A stretch of DNA of 64,000 nt from Candidatus Multivoradales bacterium (GTDB taxonomy: Bacteria; Acidobacteriota; Thermoanaerobaculia; Multivoradales; J023). Positions 1-9,216 of the stretch are shown in pieces. The stretch is from contig CBDFLE010000006.1 of the NCBI GenBank assembly GCA_965248925.1, forward strand, positions 320,001 through 384,000. The letters are read 5' to 3'. A model generated the notes under the pieces. It saw only the letters and a program-made list of their open reading frames with translations, had not been told where the DNA came from and made no database searches. Position numbers and translations under genes: made by a program. How positions within the stretch are numbered: the stretch's first letter is position 1; each line of letters begins with the position of its first letter.

Positions 1-1389
1 CTGCGCGAGACTGGCCTACGAGTGTGGGAAATCGGTGATCTGGTGGGCTACGACTCGATCGGCACCTTCAGCCGCGCCTTCGAGCGCTGCAATGGTCAAC
101 GCCCTGGAGCCTTCCGCAAAGAGCAGCAAGATTCTGCGATACAGCCAAGCCAGGCCGAGTTGGCTAGTCCGCAACTTCTCCAGCGTGCGATGGCCGGCAA
201 GCTCGACCCAGAGCGGGCGGAGGTTCTAATACGAGCCTTGCGTGGACTCTACCCAGCGCCGGAGCCCGACCCCACACCGAGCTTCCCGATGAGCAGCTCA
301 CTGTTGGAAGAAGGGCTAGCTGAAGCAGTGTGGAAGTCCCTCGCCGGTCTCCCACCTGAACAGCAACTCCAGGGGATCCGTCAAGTCCTATTCCCGACTC
401 CGGCCCTATTCCAGCTGTTGCTACAACAGAGTCGCGAAGAAGGACGGCGTGATCGACAGCGCGGCGTCGCGCTGGCCGAGCTTGCTCTTGAGAGTCTGCG
501 GTCGACGACTGACAGCCCAAACACCTCGCTGGAGATCTTGCTCCCCCGAGCCTGGGCTTGGCTGGGAAACGCCAGGCGTCTAGCGCTCGACTTTGATGGC
601 GCCGAGCGGGCCTTCACCGAAGCCGAGTCGGCCTGGGCCACCTGGGGGCAGGTAGATCGACCGGATATTGAAGGTGAGCTTTACGATCTAAAATCTGCCT
701 TACGGGCTTTCCAGCGGCGCCTGGACGAAGCGTTGACCCTCTCGAACCGGGCTGTCAAGCTGCTCAGCCAGACGAACAAACCGCTCCTCCTGGTACGCGC
801 ACTACTACATCGAGCGCATGTTCACGGCTATGCCGGCAAACCTCAGCACGCTCTACCCGACATCACCGAAGCACTGCGACATTTAGATGTAGAGCAGGAA
901 CCGTACATGGTGCTCTCAGCCTACACAACACTCGGAACCTATGGCCTCGACGCGGGGCTGATATCAGAAGCTGCGGCAATGCTTCCCGCGGCTCGTGAGC
1001 TATGCCAGCGAATCAATCATCGCTTGGCAGAAAATCAGCTCATCTGGATTGAAGCCCGTATGGAGCTGGCGGCCGGGCGCTGGCGACCGAGCGAGCGGCT
1101 TCTCGCGCTCGCTCGGTCAGGATTCCTTACCCAAGGAGAAACAGTACACGCTGCGCTTGTAAGTCTTGATCTTGCGATGCTATATGAGCATCATGGTCAG
1201 CCTGAACGGACTCTGTCCCTGGCTATGGAAACCATTCCCGTGTTCGAGCGATTACGGATCCACCGAGAAGCTGCCGCCGCATTGCGGCTGCTGCACCGCG
1301 CGGCACAGCAAGAGCGCCTCACTCGTTCCGTCTTGCAGCAGCTGCGCAGCTACTTAAGCTGTCTGCCTCCAACGCCGGATCCCGGTTAA
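1..1389 (+). CDS. AraC-type HTH regulator fused to a TPR-like helical repeat domain (5'-truncated by window edge)
   Basis: Frame open from base 1 (LRETGLRVWEIG...). IGDLVGYDSIGTFSRAFERCNGQRPGAFRK matches the AraC C-terminal HTH signature. The remainder is Ala/Leu-rich helical repeats (AWAWLGNARRLALDFDGAERAF, ALVSLDLAMLY). Confidence 0.8.
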   Translation: MRETGLRVWEIGDLVGYDSIGTFSRAFERCNGQRPGAFRKEQQDSAIQPSQAELASPQLLQRAMAGKLDPERAEVLIRALRGLYPAPEPDPTPSFPMSSSLLEEGLAEAVWKSLAGLPPEQQLQGIRQVLFPTPALFQLLLQQSREEGRRDRQRGVALAELALESLRSTTDSPNTSLEILLPRAWAWLGNARRLALDFDGAERAFTEAESAWATWGQVDRPDIEGELYDLKSALRAFQRRLDEALTLSNRAVKLLSQTNKPLLLVRALLHRAHVHGYAGKPQHALPDITEALRHLDVEQEPYMVLSAYTTLGTYGLDAGLISEAAAMLPAARELCQRINHRLAENQLIWIEARMELAAGRWRPSERLLALARSGFLTQGETVHAALVSLDLAMLYEHHGQPERTLSLAMETIPVFERLRIHREAAAALRLLHRAAQQERLTRSVLQQLRSYLSCLPPTPDPG

Positions 1390-1395
1390 GCATCT

Positions 1396-1503
1396 TCAAC
1401 CGTGGGGGTCTATTGCTGGGCCGAACTCCTGTGGATTGACTACTCGGCCGCTGCGTGGCCTCGCCAAGCTTGATCCCTGGGTCCGCGGTTCAGAATTCCT
1501 CAT
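1396..1503 (-). CDS. Small 35-aa peptide MRNSEPRTQGSSLARPRSGRVVNPQEFGPAIDPHG (alternative GTG start at 1656 gives 86 aa with a hydrophobic segment)
   Basis: ATG at 1503 has a strong AAGGAG Shine-Dalgarno just upstream on the minus strand. The stop lies 6 bp from the stop of the HTH-TPR gene. Confidence 0.5.
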   Translation of the reverse strand: MRNSEPRTQGSSLARPRSGRVVNPQEFGPAIDPHG

Positions 1504-1929
1504 CGCTCGCTCCTTTTCCAACAGGTTTCGCTGAAAACGTTGGAGGGAGCCTACAAGGGCAACAAGAAATATGAGCAAGAGTCTTGCCCAAAAGAGCGAT
1601 CCGACCAAAGAATCTGCCCAAGCATTCTGAACTAGTGGATTGGGCTCCCACCGCACTGCCCATTCAACGCCAACTCGAAGTGAAGAAAGAACGCTGCCCA
1701 GGCAAACTGCCTGGATTTAAGAACCTGGCTTGAAAACTACCCAGGCGCCACGCCTGTGCCCCAACACTCTCTAGATGGAAGACTTCCTTCAGCTGAGGCA
1801 ATCACTGGGGTCTCTTCATTCCGATTCTCCTCCCGTTGGCGGTTGAATTGGCACGGGTCCTCTCTCGCCACTTCGACTGCCAACTTCTTTTTCAGAAGAT
1901 GCCGCTGGCCCAGCAACGAGGAAGAACCG

Positions 1930-2376
1930 ATGACGCAGTTCAATCCTAAAATAGGCCACCTATCCGACCTGCTATACGCGGCGGAAGAGCAAGGTCAGAA
2001 GATCTCTAGTCTGGTCTGGTACCTGATCGGCCGCGATCCACTAACCGCACCGCTGCGCACCGATCTACTAGTTCTGGCAGCGGACGCTCAAATCAAGGTC
2101 GGCAGTCGTCATTGGAGCCTCTCGGCGCTGGTCCTCAATCAACAAGTCGATCACCTGCTGGCAGCGGACGGTCGCACCTGGAAAAGCTCCCACGATCTGC
2201 TCGACCCTTACCGCGAGCAAGGTGTCGACTACGTTGGCTTGATTGCCACGCTCGACGCGCGCATCGCCCGGTTTCGCGGCGACGGTCGCCGCATGCGTCA
2301 GATCCGCCGGCGACTGCTCAGCGAGGTCAACAAGAAATCTCAAGTATGGGCCACGAGATCTCCAGCGGCAGAATAA
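1930..2376 (+). CDS. Hypothetical protein (~148 aa)
   Basis: ATG at 1930 (MTQFNPKIGHL...) follows GAGGAAG. Globular-looking sequence; no family recognised. Confidence 0.55.
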   Translation: MTQFNPKIGHLSDLLYAAEEQGQKISSLVWYLIGRDPLTAPLRTDLLVLAADAQIKVGSRHWSLSALVLNQQVDHLLAADGRTWKSSHDLLDPYREQGVDYVGLIATLDARIARFRGDGRRMRQIRRRLLSEVNKKSQVWATRSPAAE

Positions 2377-2582
2377 TGAGCAACTATCATCACCAAAGTT
2401 TCTACGCCAACCGTAGCAAGCCAACGGCAGGTCTTCGCTGCACAAACCCGAAGCGCATGAAGGAACCAGCCGAGGCCGGCAGCTTAGAAATCCTCACACT
2501 TCAAGATCCCTAGCGCGGCGCAACGTGATAACGCAACTCGAACACAATTCCGGAATCCAGAACTCCTGACATACCCTTTTTC

Positions 2583-4976
2583 TCAAATGTCCGGTTGAGC
2601 CTCTCCGGAGGTGTTCCGAGGCCCTGGGAAGGCCAGGCTCCGGGGTGGCGCCTTCTTGATCGCGAACCGCATCCGTAGCTCGGTGCCGGGGAAGTGGGTG
2701 GCGGTAGCGTTGAGTTCTTCGCAGACGGCGGCGATCGCCGCCGTCTTGTGGGGAGAGCTGAGCGGGTCGATGGAAAGGAGCAGCACGGTGTCGGTAACCT
2801 CCATATCGCCGCCGGCCGCGAAAGCGCTTTGGATCAGGGTGCGTCCCTCCTGCTCGGTGCGGCGGTAGTGGGGTGATAGGAGCCGGAGAAGATCACCTTC
2901 GGCCTGGTAGGCGACCATCTTGAGAATATCGGTGAGGTGCTTGCGCTCGACGGACAGCTTGATGACATCCGCTTCGACGACCTCTTGGACGGGGACGCGG
3001 ACGGGGAGGGTCGCGCGCTGGTTCTCGAGTTCGGTGATCTGCTCTATCGCTGCCCGGACCCTGGCGGAGATGGCGGCGTTGGCGATCTTGAATCCGCGCA
3101 TCGTGCGCCGCCGATCCTCGCGGTTTTCAAGAGCAGCGATCCCGATGTGGGCCCGGAGCTGCTCGAGATGTGCGTGAGCTTTGCGCAGCTCTGCATTGAT
3201 CTTGCCGCGCTCGGGATTCGGCACATCGCGGGCAGCGTCCGCTGGCTCGGTGCCATAGTCCACCAGGGCATCGAGTGCGAATTCTTCGCGCAGGTATTTG
3301 AAGAAGTTCTCTTGCCTCCAACGATCGAACATGCGGTAGGCGACCTCGAGTGTGGAGAGGTCGCGGCGGGAGGTGATGATGGACGTCTGGTGGCCGTTGT
3401 CGCAGAGGCGGGTGACCTGGCGCAGGTACAGCCGCTTGCGCTTCTTCCTCGGGCCATACTCGAGGTAGATACGCTGATCGGCGAGGAGGTACTCGAGCTT
3501 CCGCCCGTGGATCGTGTCCTTGATCTGCCCGAACTTGCTCAACGGCACCGGACGAAAGGGGGCCTTTCGGTATGTGAGGATGTCGAACTTCTTGGCGATG
3601 AGCTTCGCAAACAGCTTCGGGCTCCAACCCCCACGGTCGAAGACGACGGTGACTCGCCGGTCTCCGAGTAGCTTTCGTACCTCTTCGAGAATGAGGGGAA
3701 GCATCGTCGCAAGCCCCTTGTTGGCCTCGGTGGGGACCACGAAGAGAGGCTCGCTCTCAGCATCGTTGACCCAGTAGTCGGTGGTGGCCGGCATCGCGAT
3801 CCGCATCCGCGCTACGTGTGTCTTGGGAATCTCTCGGCCACCGTGGTAGGCGCGCACATGCCCGTCCACGTAGAGGAAGCCCATGGCATGGCCCCTGGTG
3901 GCGACCCGGCGCTGAGCGAGGGCGCGACCGAGATCCGCGGCCAGGCCATGCGCGGCCAGCCGAGCGAGCTTGTTGCGCAAGGTTTTCACTTCCGGCGCTC
4001 GGTCGAGCCCGAGAAGCTGACCCAAATGCCGGGGTGAGCGCTCCTTGAGCCCTTCGGGTCGCTTGACCCGCAACAGTGCCATCAGCAGCAGGGTTACCAG
4101 AGTGGTGCGCAGCCCATAGAAGGCCGGCCCGATGCTGCCGTACAGCTCCTGCGCGATGGAGAGCACGCCGCTGTCCACCAGGGCGGGAATCGCCAGCAGA
4201 GCACCGGCGCCCGGTAGCTGGGTCGCCGCTCCGAAGATCGGCGCCGCATCATCGAGGAATCCCAGCCTCGCCAGCAGCCGATCGCTGGCGCGATCCGCTG
4301 GATCGAGGTCCAGCGAGAGGGGAACCTGATCTTGCTCGGACGCAGAAGCGGACAGTTTTGGGTCCGCAGCCGCTGGGTCACCGCCACCCTCAGCGTCGAG
4401 CGCAAGATCCGCAGTTTTCAGGGGGCCGTCGACCTGCTGCTCATCAGAGGCGGACAGTTTTGGGTCCGCACTCTCGAAGGGCATCGTCATCTGCACTACC
4501 GACCGCTCTTTCCAGCCCAGGCGCTTGGCGAGCTTGCGAACGGCCTTCTCATCGATGCCCAGCCGCCGGCCAATCTCGCGATTCGACACACCCTCGGCCT
4601 TCCAGCCGTTGACCGCGTCCAGGCGGCCCTGCGCTACCCGAGACTGACCCCGGGGAAAACCGCGCGGCCGGCCCAGAGCAGCCAGCCCACCTTCTTCGAA
4701 GCGGCGCTGATTCCGGCGCACAGTCCGCACATCACAAGCGAACGCAAGGGCCACCTCGCGTTGCTGTGCCCAGCCCAATTCAACGAGACTCACCATCGCG
4801 TGGGCCTCGCCTGTCCTGTCGCCGGCAGCGAAGTGAGCGAGCGGCATGCCGCTGACCACCACCACCCGATAGCCGCCCCTCTGCCGGAGGCGGCAGCGGT
4901 CGTTGATCACCACAACCCCATCGGGGACCCCGGCGTGGTCTGGGAACAGGACGGTGTGCTCGCTCGTCAGTGCCAT
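2583..4976 (-). CDS. DDE transposase, 797 aa, with two N-terminal HTH motifs
   Basis: HTH motifs QREVALAFACDVRTVRR and SNREIGRRLGIDEKAVRK. Catalytic-type motifs FLYVDGH, VVFDRGGW and RWRQENFFKY (IS4-superfamily-like). Confidence 0.88.
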   Translation of the reverse strand: MALTSEHTVLFPDHAGVPDGVVVINDRCRLRQRGGYRVVVVSGMPLAHFAAGDRTGEAHAMVSLVELGWAQQREVALAFACDVRTVRRNQRRFEEGGLAALGRPRGFPRGQSRVAQGRLDAVNGWKAEGVSNREIGRRLGIDEKAVRKLAKRLGWKERSVVQMTMPFESADPKLSASDEQQVDGPLKTADLALDAEGGGDPAAADPKLSASASEQDQVPLSLDLDPADRASDRLLARLGFLDDAAPIFGAATQLPGAGALLAIPALVDSGVLSIAQELYGSIGPAFYGLRTTLVTLLLMALLRVKRPEGLKERSPRHLGQLLGLDRAPEVKTLRNKLARLAAHGLAADLGRALAQRRVATRGHAMGFLYVDGHVRAYHGGREIPKTHVARMRIAMPATTDYWVNDAESEPLFVVPTEANKGLATMLPLILEEVRKLLGDRRVTVVFDRGGWSPKLFAKLIAKKFDILTYRKAPFRPVPLSKFGQIKDTIHGRKLEYLLADQRIYLEYGPRKKRKRLYLRQVTRLCDNGHQTSIITSRRDLSTLEVAYRMFDRWRQENFFKYLREEFALDALVDYGTEPADAARDVPNPERGKINAELRKAHAHLEQLRAHIGIAALENREDRRRTMRGFKIANAAISARVRAAIEQITELENQRATLPVRVPVQEVVEADVIKLSVERKHLTDILKMVAYQAEGDLLRLLSPHYRRTEQEGRTLIQSAFAAGGDMEVTDTVLLLSIDPLSSPHKTAAIAAVCEELNATATHFPGTELRMRFAIKKAPPRSLAFPGPRNTSGEAQPDI
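4348..4368. repeat. 21-bp palindromic repeat GCGGACAGTTTTGGGTCCGCA, copy 1 (in transposase CDS)
   Basis: Identical copies at 4348, 4450 and 5005; dyad GCGGAC-N8-GTCCGC. Confidence 0.9.
4450..4470. repeat. 21-bp palindromic repeat, copy 2 (in transposase CDS)
   Basis: Identical to the copies at 4348 and 5005; encodes ADPKLSA on the minus strand. Confidence 0.9.
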
Positions 4977-5004
4977 GCTCGATCATGCCTCGGCACCGAA
5001 AAAA

Positions 5005-5025
5005 GCGGACAGTTTTGGGTCCGCA
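5005..5025. repeat. 21-bp palindromic repeat, copy 3 (non-coding, upstream of transposase start; candidate operator)
   Basis: Identical copy lying between the right terminal IR and the transposase ATG at 4976. Confidence 0.85.
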
Positions 5026-5115
5026 CCACCTCTGAGGGGCGGTCCTGTGTTTTCAGAGGGTTAGGAGGGGTAGGTCAGGAGGTCTGGACTCCAACTCTCA
5101 GGAGGTTACAGTCAC

Positions 5116-5337
5116 ATGAAAAAAGTAGCTCTACTCGCAGTGCTTATGCTACTGTTCATTCCGACTCAGGGATTCGCCAGCCAATGTACGCCAAGTGGCG
5201 AGTGCCTAGACTTCATCGTCGTTGACGACATTATCGTGCCGGGCGGAGGTGGCCAAATCGTTTGCCACCAAGTCACCACCGTGTACTTCCTCTCGAACGG
5301 CACTACGGTGATCGTCACCGAGGTGACGTGCTACTGA
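5116..5337 (+). CDS. Small secreted protein, 73 aa, four Cys
   Basis: AGGAGG RBS; signal peptide MKKVALLAVLMLLFIPTQGFA; mature part Val/Ile/Thr-rich with 4 Cys. Confidence 0.75.
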   Translation: MKKVALLAVLMLLFIPTQGFASQCTPSGECLDFIVVDDIIVPGGGGQIVCHQVTTVYFLSNGTTVIVTEVTCY

Positions 5338-5451
5338 CCGCTATAGCGTTGACCTTGCAAATTAGATAGCATACCATTGCGCTGCGCCGTGCAATAGGTA
5401 TAACCCGTCACTTTGGAATTACGACTTTCGCAGTCTAGTCCAACGAAAACC

Positions 5452-6228
5452 ATGGCAACCCTGATAACATCGGCCAGACTCGGAAGCATTCTCGCTGTTA
5501 TTCTGGTGACGATGGCACCCATCGACGCCTTCGCCGGAAATGGCCCGACAGCCGCCAAGATGACCAAGATTGAGGGTTTCCTACAGCAGGGTGAATGGAA
5601 AAAAGCACGACGCGCCGTACACCGGCTAGAGCTGGACCTCATCGAATCAAGTGCAGAGCGAGAAGTGAGTGTGATCGCGGTAGGACACCTCGCCGCGCTG
5701 AAGGCAATCACCCTTGCCGGAACTGGCGAGAGCGCTGACGCGACTTGGATGTGGCACAGCGCGCAGAATCTATCACCTAGGGTCGGCAACTTCGACCTAT
5801 CTGTTTTCCCAGAGTCAGTCAGCAAGACCCTTAAAGGGCAGTTGCTGAGAACGCTGACGGAAGCCCTGGATTCATCCGACCTTGGGGAGTCCACCTCGGG
5901 TGGGGAGACGCGCGCAGACCTGCAATCTCAGGCTCTGTGTGCCATGATTCAACAGAAGAGAAAGGCCCCTCGTCAAGACAAAGAGGCTGCCCTTCTCATG
6001 GCCTCCATTGTGCAGCTTGGCATTGGAGGATCTCTGAATTTCTATGCCGAGGTACTGGCGGACGGTTCCCTATCACGGCCGGTCGTACGCGAGATGTTGG
6101 GCCCGCCTATTTTTTCCTATGTCGTTTTCAACACCTATTCCAGATGCCGATACAGCCCTGGGATGAGAGATGTCTCCGATAAATGGACACTTGTCTCTTT
6201 CAGCCTCGATCCACGTAAGGACATCTAG
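5452..6228 (+). CDS. Exported protein with helical N-domain and divergent TonB C-terminal-like domain
   Basis: Hydrophobic signal segment (ILAVILVTMAPIDAFA). C-terminus EVLADGSLSRPVV...FSYVVFNTYSRCRYSPG loosely follows the TonB_C pattern. Start uncertain (5413 or 5452). Confidence 0.5.
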   Translation: MATLITSARLGSILAVILVTMAPIDAFAGNGPTAAKMTKIEGFLQQGEWKKARRAVHRLELDLIESSAEREVSVIAVGHLAALKAITLAGTGESADATWMWHSAQNLSPRVGNFDLSVFPESVSKTLKGQLLRTLTEALDSSDLGESTSGGETRADLQSQALCAMIQQKRKAPRQDKEAALLMASIVQLGIGGSLNFYAEVLADGSLSRPVVREMLGPPIFSYVVFNTYSRCRYSPGMRDVSDKWTLVSFSLDPRKDI

Positions 6229-6433
6229 GATCTACCGGCAAATAGCTGGATCTGCCGTCATCAAGCTGCAATCGACAGGCTCAAGATGATCCATTTTCTC
6301 ACCCTCTTTCTCGGCCTGCTGACTGGCCCCCAGAATATCAGTATCGCCGTTTCCTCCCCTGACGTGGCGAGCGTCGAGCTCCGCCTCGACGGCGAGAGCT
6401 GTGGCATCGACTACGATGCACCATGGACCCTAG

Positions 6434-7930
6434 CAGCCCGTGGTGAAAGTCCCGATTACGGCCGTCTTGGCGATCTTCCCTGGTAGAATCTTTCCACCCG
6501 AGGGAGGTAGCGACCATGGCGATGGGCAGGCGAAGCAAACGAAGACAGCGGCAGCTCTGGGTGGAAACCCAGGCGCTGGCCAAGTCCCCAGGACATCCTT
6601 TCTACGAGCGTCTGTCCAAGATTCTCGACAAGCACGGTTTCGATCGCTTTATCGAGGAGCAGTGCGCGAGGTTTTACGCTACGAGGATGGGACGGCCTTC
6701 GCTGGCGCCCGCGGTGTATTTTCGGTTGCTGTTGATCGGCTTCTTCGAGGGTATCGACTCTGAGCGAGGTATCGCATGGCGGCTTGCGGATTCGATGACT
6801 CTGCGCGACTTTCTGGGCTTCGAACTCTCGGACCAGACCCCGGACCATTCGACGCTCTCTCGGACCCGTCGCCTGATCGATCTCGAGACCCATGAGGCGG
6901 TGTTTGCTTGGGCTTTGCAAGTACTGGCGAAGGCTGGCTTGCTCCGGGGAAAGACGCTGGGCATCGATGCGACGACCCTCGAGGCGAACGCGGCGATGCG
7001 CAGCATCGTGCGTCGAGACTCGGGCGAGAGCTACGAAGAGTTTCTCACGCGCCTGGCCGAGGCTTCGGGTGTGGAGACCCCGACGCGAGCGGATCTGGCG
7101 CGTTTTGACCGCCAAAGGAAGAACAAAAAGACGTCGAACGGCGACTGGAAGAACCCCCACGATCCCGACGCCAAAGTCACGCGAATGAAGGATGGGCGGA
7201 CGCATCTGGCGCACAAAGCCGAGCATGCGGTGGATATGGAGACGGGTGCGGTTGTGGCGGTGACGGTGCAACCTGCAGACCGAGGGGACACGTCGAGCCT
7301 AGAGCGGACGTTGGATGAAGTCGCTGCGGTGCTGGAAGATGTCGTTGAGGATTCGGAGGCTGGCGATCACTTGAGCGAGAAAGTCCGTTCAGAGCTGGTG
7401 GCTGACAAGGGCTATCACAGTAACGCGGTCATGAAGGCACAGCGTCAAGGGAAGATTCGAACCTATATTTCGGAACCGGATCGAGGCCGACGCAACTGGT
7501 GCGGCAAAGAGGCGGAGAAGCAAGCGGTGTATGCCAACCGTCGACGGATCAAGGGTCGTCGAGGCCGCGAGCTGTCGCGGCGTCGAGGAGAGAAAGTAGA
7601 ACGCACCTTTGCCCATTGCTACGAGACTGGCGGTATGAGAAGGACCCACCTTCGAGGTCACGACAACATCCGCAAAAGGTTGCTGATTCACATCGCGGGA
7701 TTCAATCTTGGGCTGCTGCTTCGTCAAATGTATGGAGCCGGCACTCCACGGGCCCTTCAGGGCTTTCTTTCGGCTCTCGAACAGGGCTTTCGCGCCGTAT
7801 ATAGCTTGCTGAGCTGGCTTCTGCCGCACGAGAGCGGATATTGGCCACTAAGATCTTCGATCAGACCACCTGCGCCGGCTGGCCTCAATTTAGGCCACAT
7901 TTTGTAGAAACGGACTTCTGCCACGGGCTG
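6434..7930 (+). mobile_element. IS1182/IS5-family insertion sequence, 1497 bp
   Basis: Terminal IRs CAGCCCGTGGTGAAAGTCC and GGACTTCTGCCACGGGCTG, flanked by duplicated CTAG (6430-6433 and 7931-7934). Confidence 0.92.
6516..7907 (+). CDS. IS1182/IS5-family DDE transposase
   Basis: DUF772-like N-terminus (GRPSLAP...IDSERGIAWR...PDHSTLSR); IDATTLEANA, VADKGY and VERTFA motifs; GGGAGG RBS. Confidence 0.92.
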   Translation: MAMGRRSKRRQRQLWVETQALAKSPGHPFYERLSKILDKHGFDRFIEEQCARFYATRMGRPSLAPAVYFRLLLIGFFEGIDSERGIAWRLADSMTLRDFLGFELSDQTPDHSTLSRTRRLIDLETHEAVFAWALQVLAKAGLLRGKTLGIDATTLEANAAMRSIVRRDSGESYEEFLTRLAEASGVETPTRADLARFDRQRKNKKTSNGDWKNPHDPDAKVTRMKDGRTHLAHKAEHAVDMETGAVVAVTVQPADRGDTSSLERTLDEVAAVLEDVVEDSEAGDHLSEKVRSELVADKGYHSNAVMKAQRQGKIRTYISEPDRGRRNWCGKEAEKQAVYANRRRIKGRRGRELSRRRGEKVERTFAHCYETGGMRRTHLRGHDNIRKRLLIHIAGFNLGLLLRQMYGAGTPRALQGFLSALEQGFRAVYSLLSWLLPHESGYWPLRSSIRPPAPAGLNLGHIL

Positions 7931-9216
7931 CTAGCCTGTGACTTGGGACCGGACTTGCTACCCCACGAGCTGCACGCGCTGGCCAGAAATTCCGACGGAG
8001 AATCAATCGCCGAAGCTCGCCAATTAGTGAATGTACCAGGTTCCTCGGCGGACGCTCGCTTCGTCTTGGCGAAAGGCACGCTCCAGAATCCGCAAACTGT
8101 GCGGCTCCTTTGGCAGGCGCGCTCGGGCGGCACCGAGCGAACCGCTACCGCCAGCCTAGACGGTCGGGTACTGAATATCGGCCCGGCAGGAGTCGTCGAG
8201 CTGCCCAGCCTCAAACATGGATCACCTCAGGTGCTGCACGCTGAGGTGGTATTCACAGACACCCTACGTGCCCAGGCGACGATGCTCCTGGGCTGCTGTT
8301 TTCACGAGAGTACAAGTAGCGAACTCACCGGCGTACCCTTGAGTTGGCGCAGAAGGCAGCAGCCGGTGATCGGCCAGCTGCAGAAGGTCCTGAGAGTCGG
8401 CGGACAGCCCATCAGAACCGTTGCCATCGAGCGGGAATTGGCAGAGATAGTAGTGGTGCGAGAAGGGTCGGAATGGAATCTTGAATCCCTGCTCGACCTC
8501 TACCACCAAATGCACCTACGGCGACGGGGTGATCTCTCCGGAGCGGATCTTCGGGGACTTCGGCTCGGCGATCACTTGCGAGTAGTCTTTGCCGAAGACG
8601 CACCTGATCTCGCGGCCCTAACGGACTTGCCGGTTTCCCAAGATGTTTCCGAGGGTGGTTCCCTCTCCATCCTGGAAGTGATCAGCAATAGATTCTTTCC
8701 AACACAAGACTTTCCGCAGGGCTCGCAGCGAATCGCCGACGCCGTGGCAATGGCCGGCATTGTAGCCGCAGGGTCAGGGCGCCCTCGGGCAGTGATTCTT
8801 ATCCGGTCAGGACGGATCGAGGATTCCAGCTCCCTCACTGCACATCAAGCTGCCGAGTATCTGCGCGCACTACGCGTCCCCCTGCTAGTCTGGCGACCTC
8901 TATCCAGCCGCGATGGAGACAGCGACCTAGAGTGGCCCGGTGAAACCGAGATCTATTCGCTTCCTGGATTTCTGGCAGCAACCAAGACTCTTCGTCGAAC
9001 GCTTGACCAGCAGCTCGTCGCCTGGGTCGAGGGAACCTATCTTCTGCGGCAGATCGAGATTGCTCCTGGGATGCGCAAGATCGACTTTCCGCAATAAGGC
9101 CGGCAGTGAGGCCAACGGTTGGTACTGTGTCGTTAGGCTTTCTCAGGCTATCCGCTCGCGCACCTTCATTGAAACGATGTTCATCGCCAGAACGGTAGGC
9201 GCGGTCAAGATCACAC

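Larger units (their letters stand above)
2552..5092 (-). mobile_element. IS element (~2.54 kb) encoding a large DDE transposase
   Basis: Imperfect 25-bp terminal inverted repeats: GGAATCCAGAACTCCTGACATACCC (2552-2576) versus reverse complement GGAGTCCAGACCTCCTGACCTACCC (5068-5092), 3 mismatches. No obvious target-site duplication. Confidence 0.8.
6286..9097 (+). pseudogene. Exported hypothetical protein (C-terminal vWA-like alpha/beta region), interrupted by an IS
   Basis: Joining 6286-6433 to 7935-9097 restores one frame (...APWTL-A-CDLGPDLLPHELHALAR...) of 436 aa. Confidence 0.85.

Noticed and set aside
1756-1929. N-terminal extension of the 206-aa ORF
   Set aside because: Ser/Arg-rich non-coding-like sequence; a better ATG with RBS lies at 1930.
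4348-5025. 21-bp palindromic repeats as a CRISPR array
   Set aside because: Only three copies, irregular gaps (81 and 534 bp), located within an IS, and no cas genes.
6286-6486. 66-aa ORF and the 7841-9097 ORF as independent genes
   Set aside because: They are two halves of one gene split by the IS; their junction-side ends derive from IS sequence.
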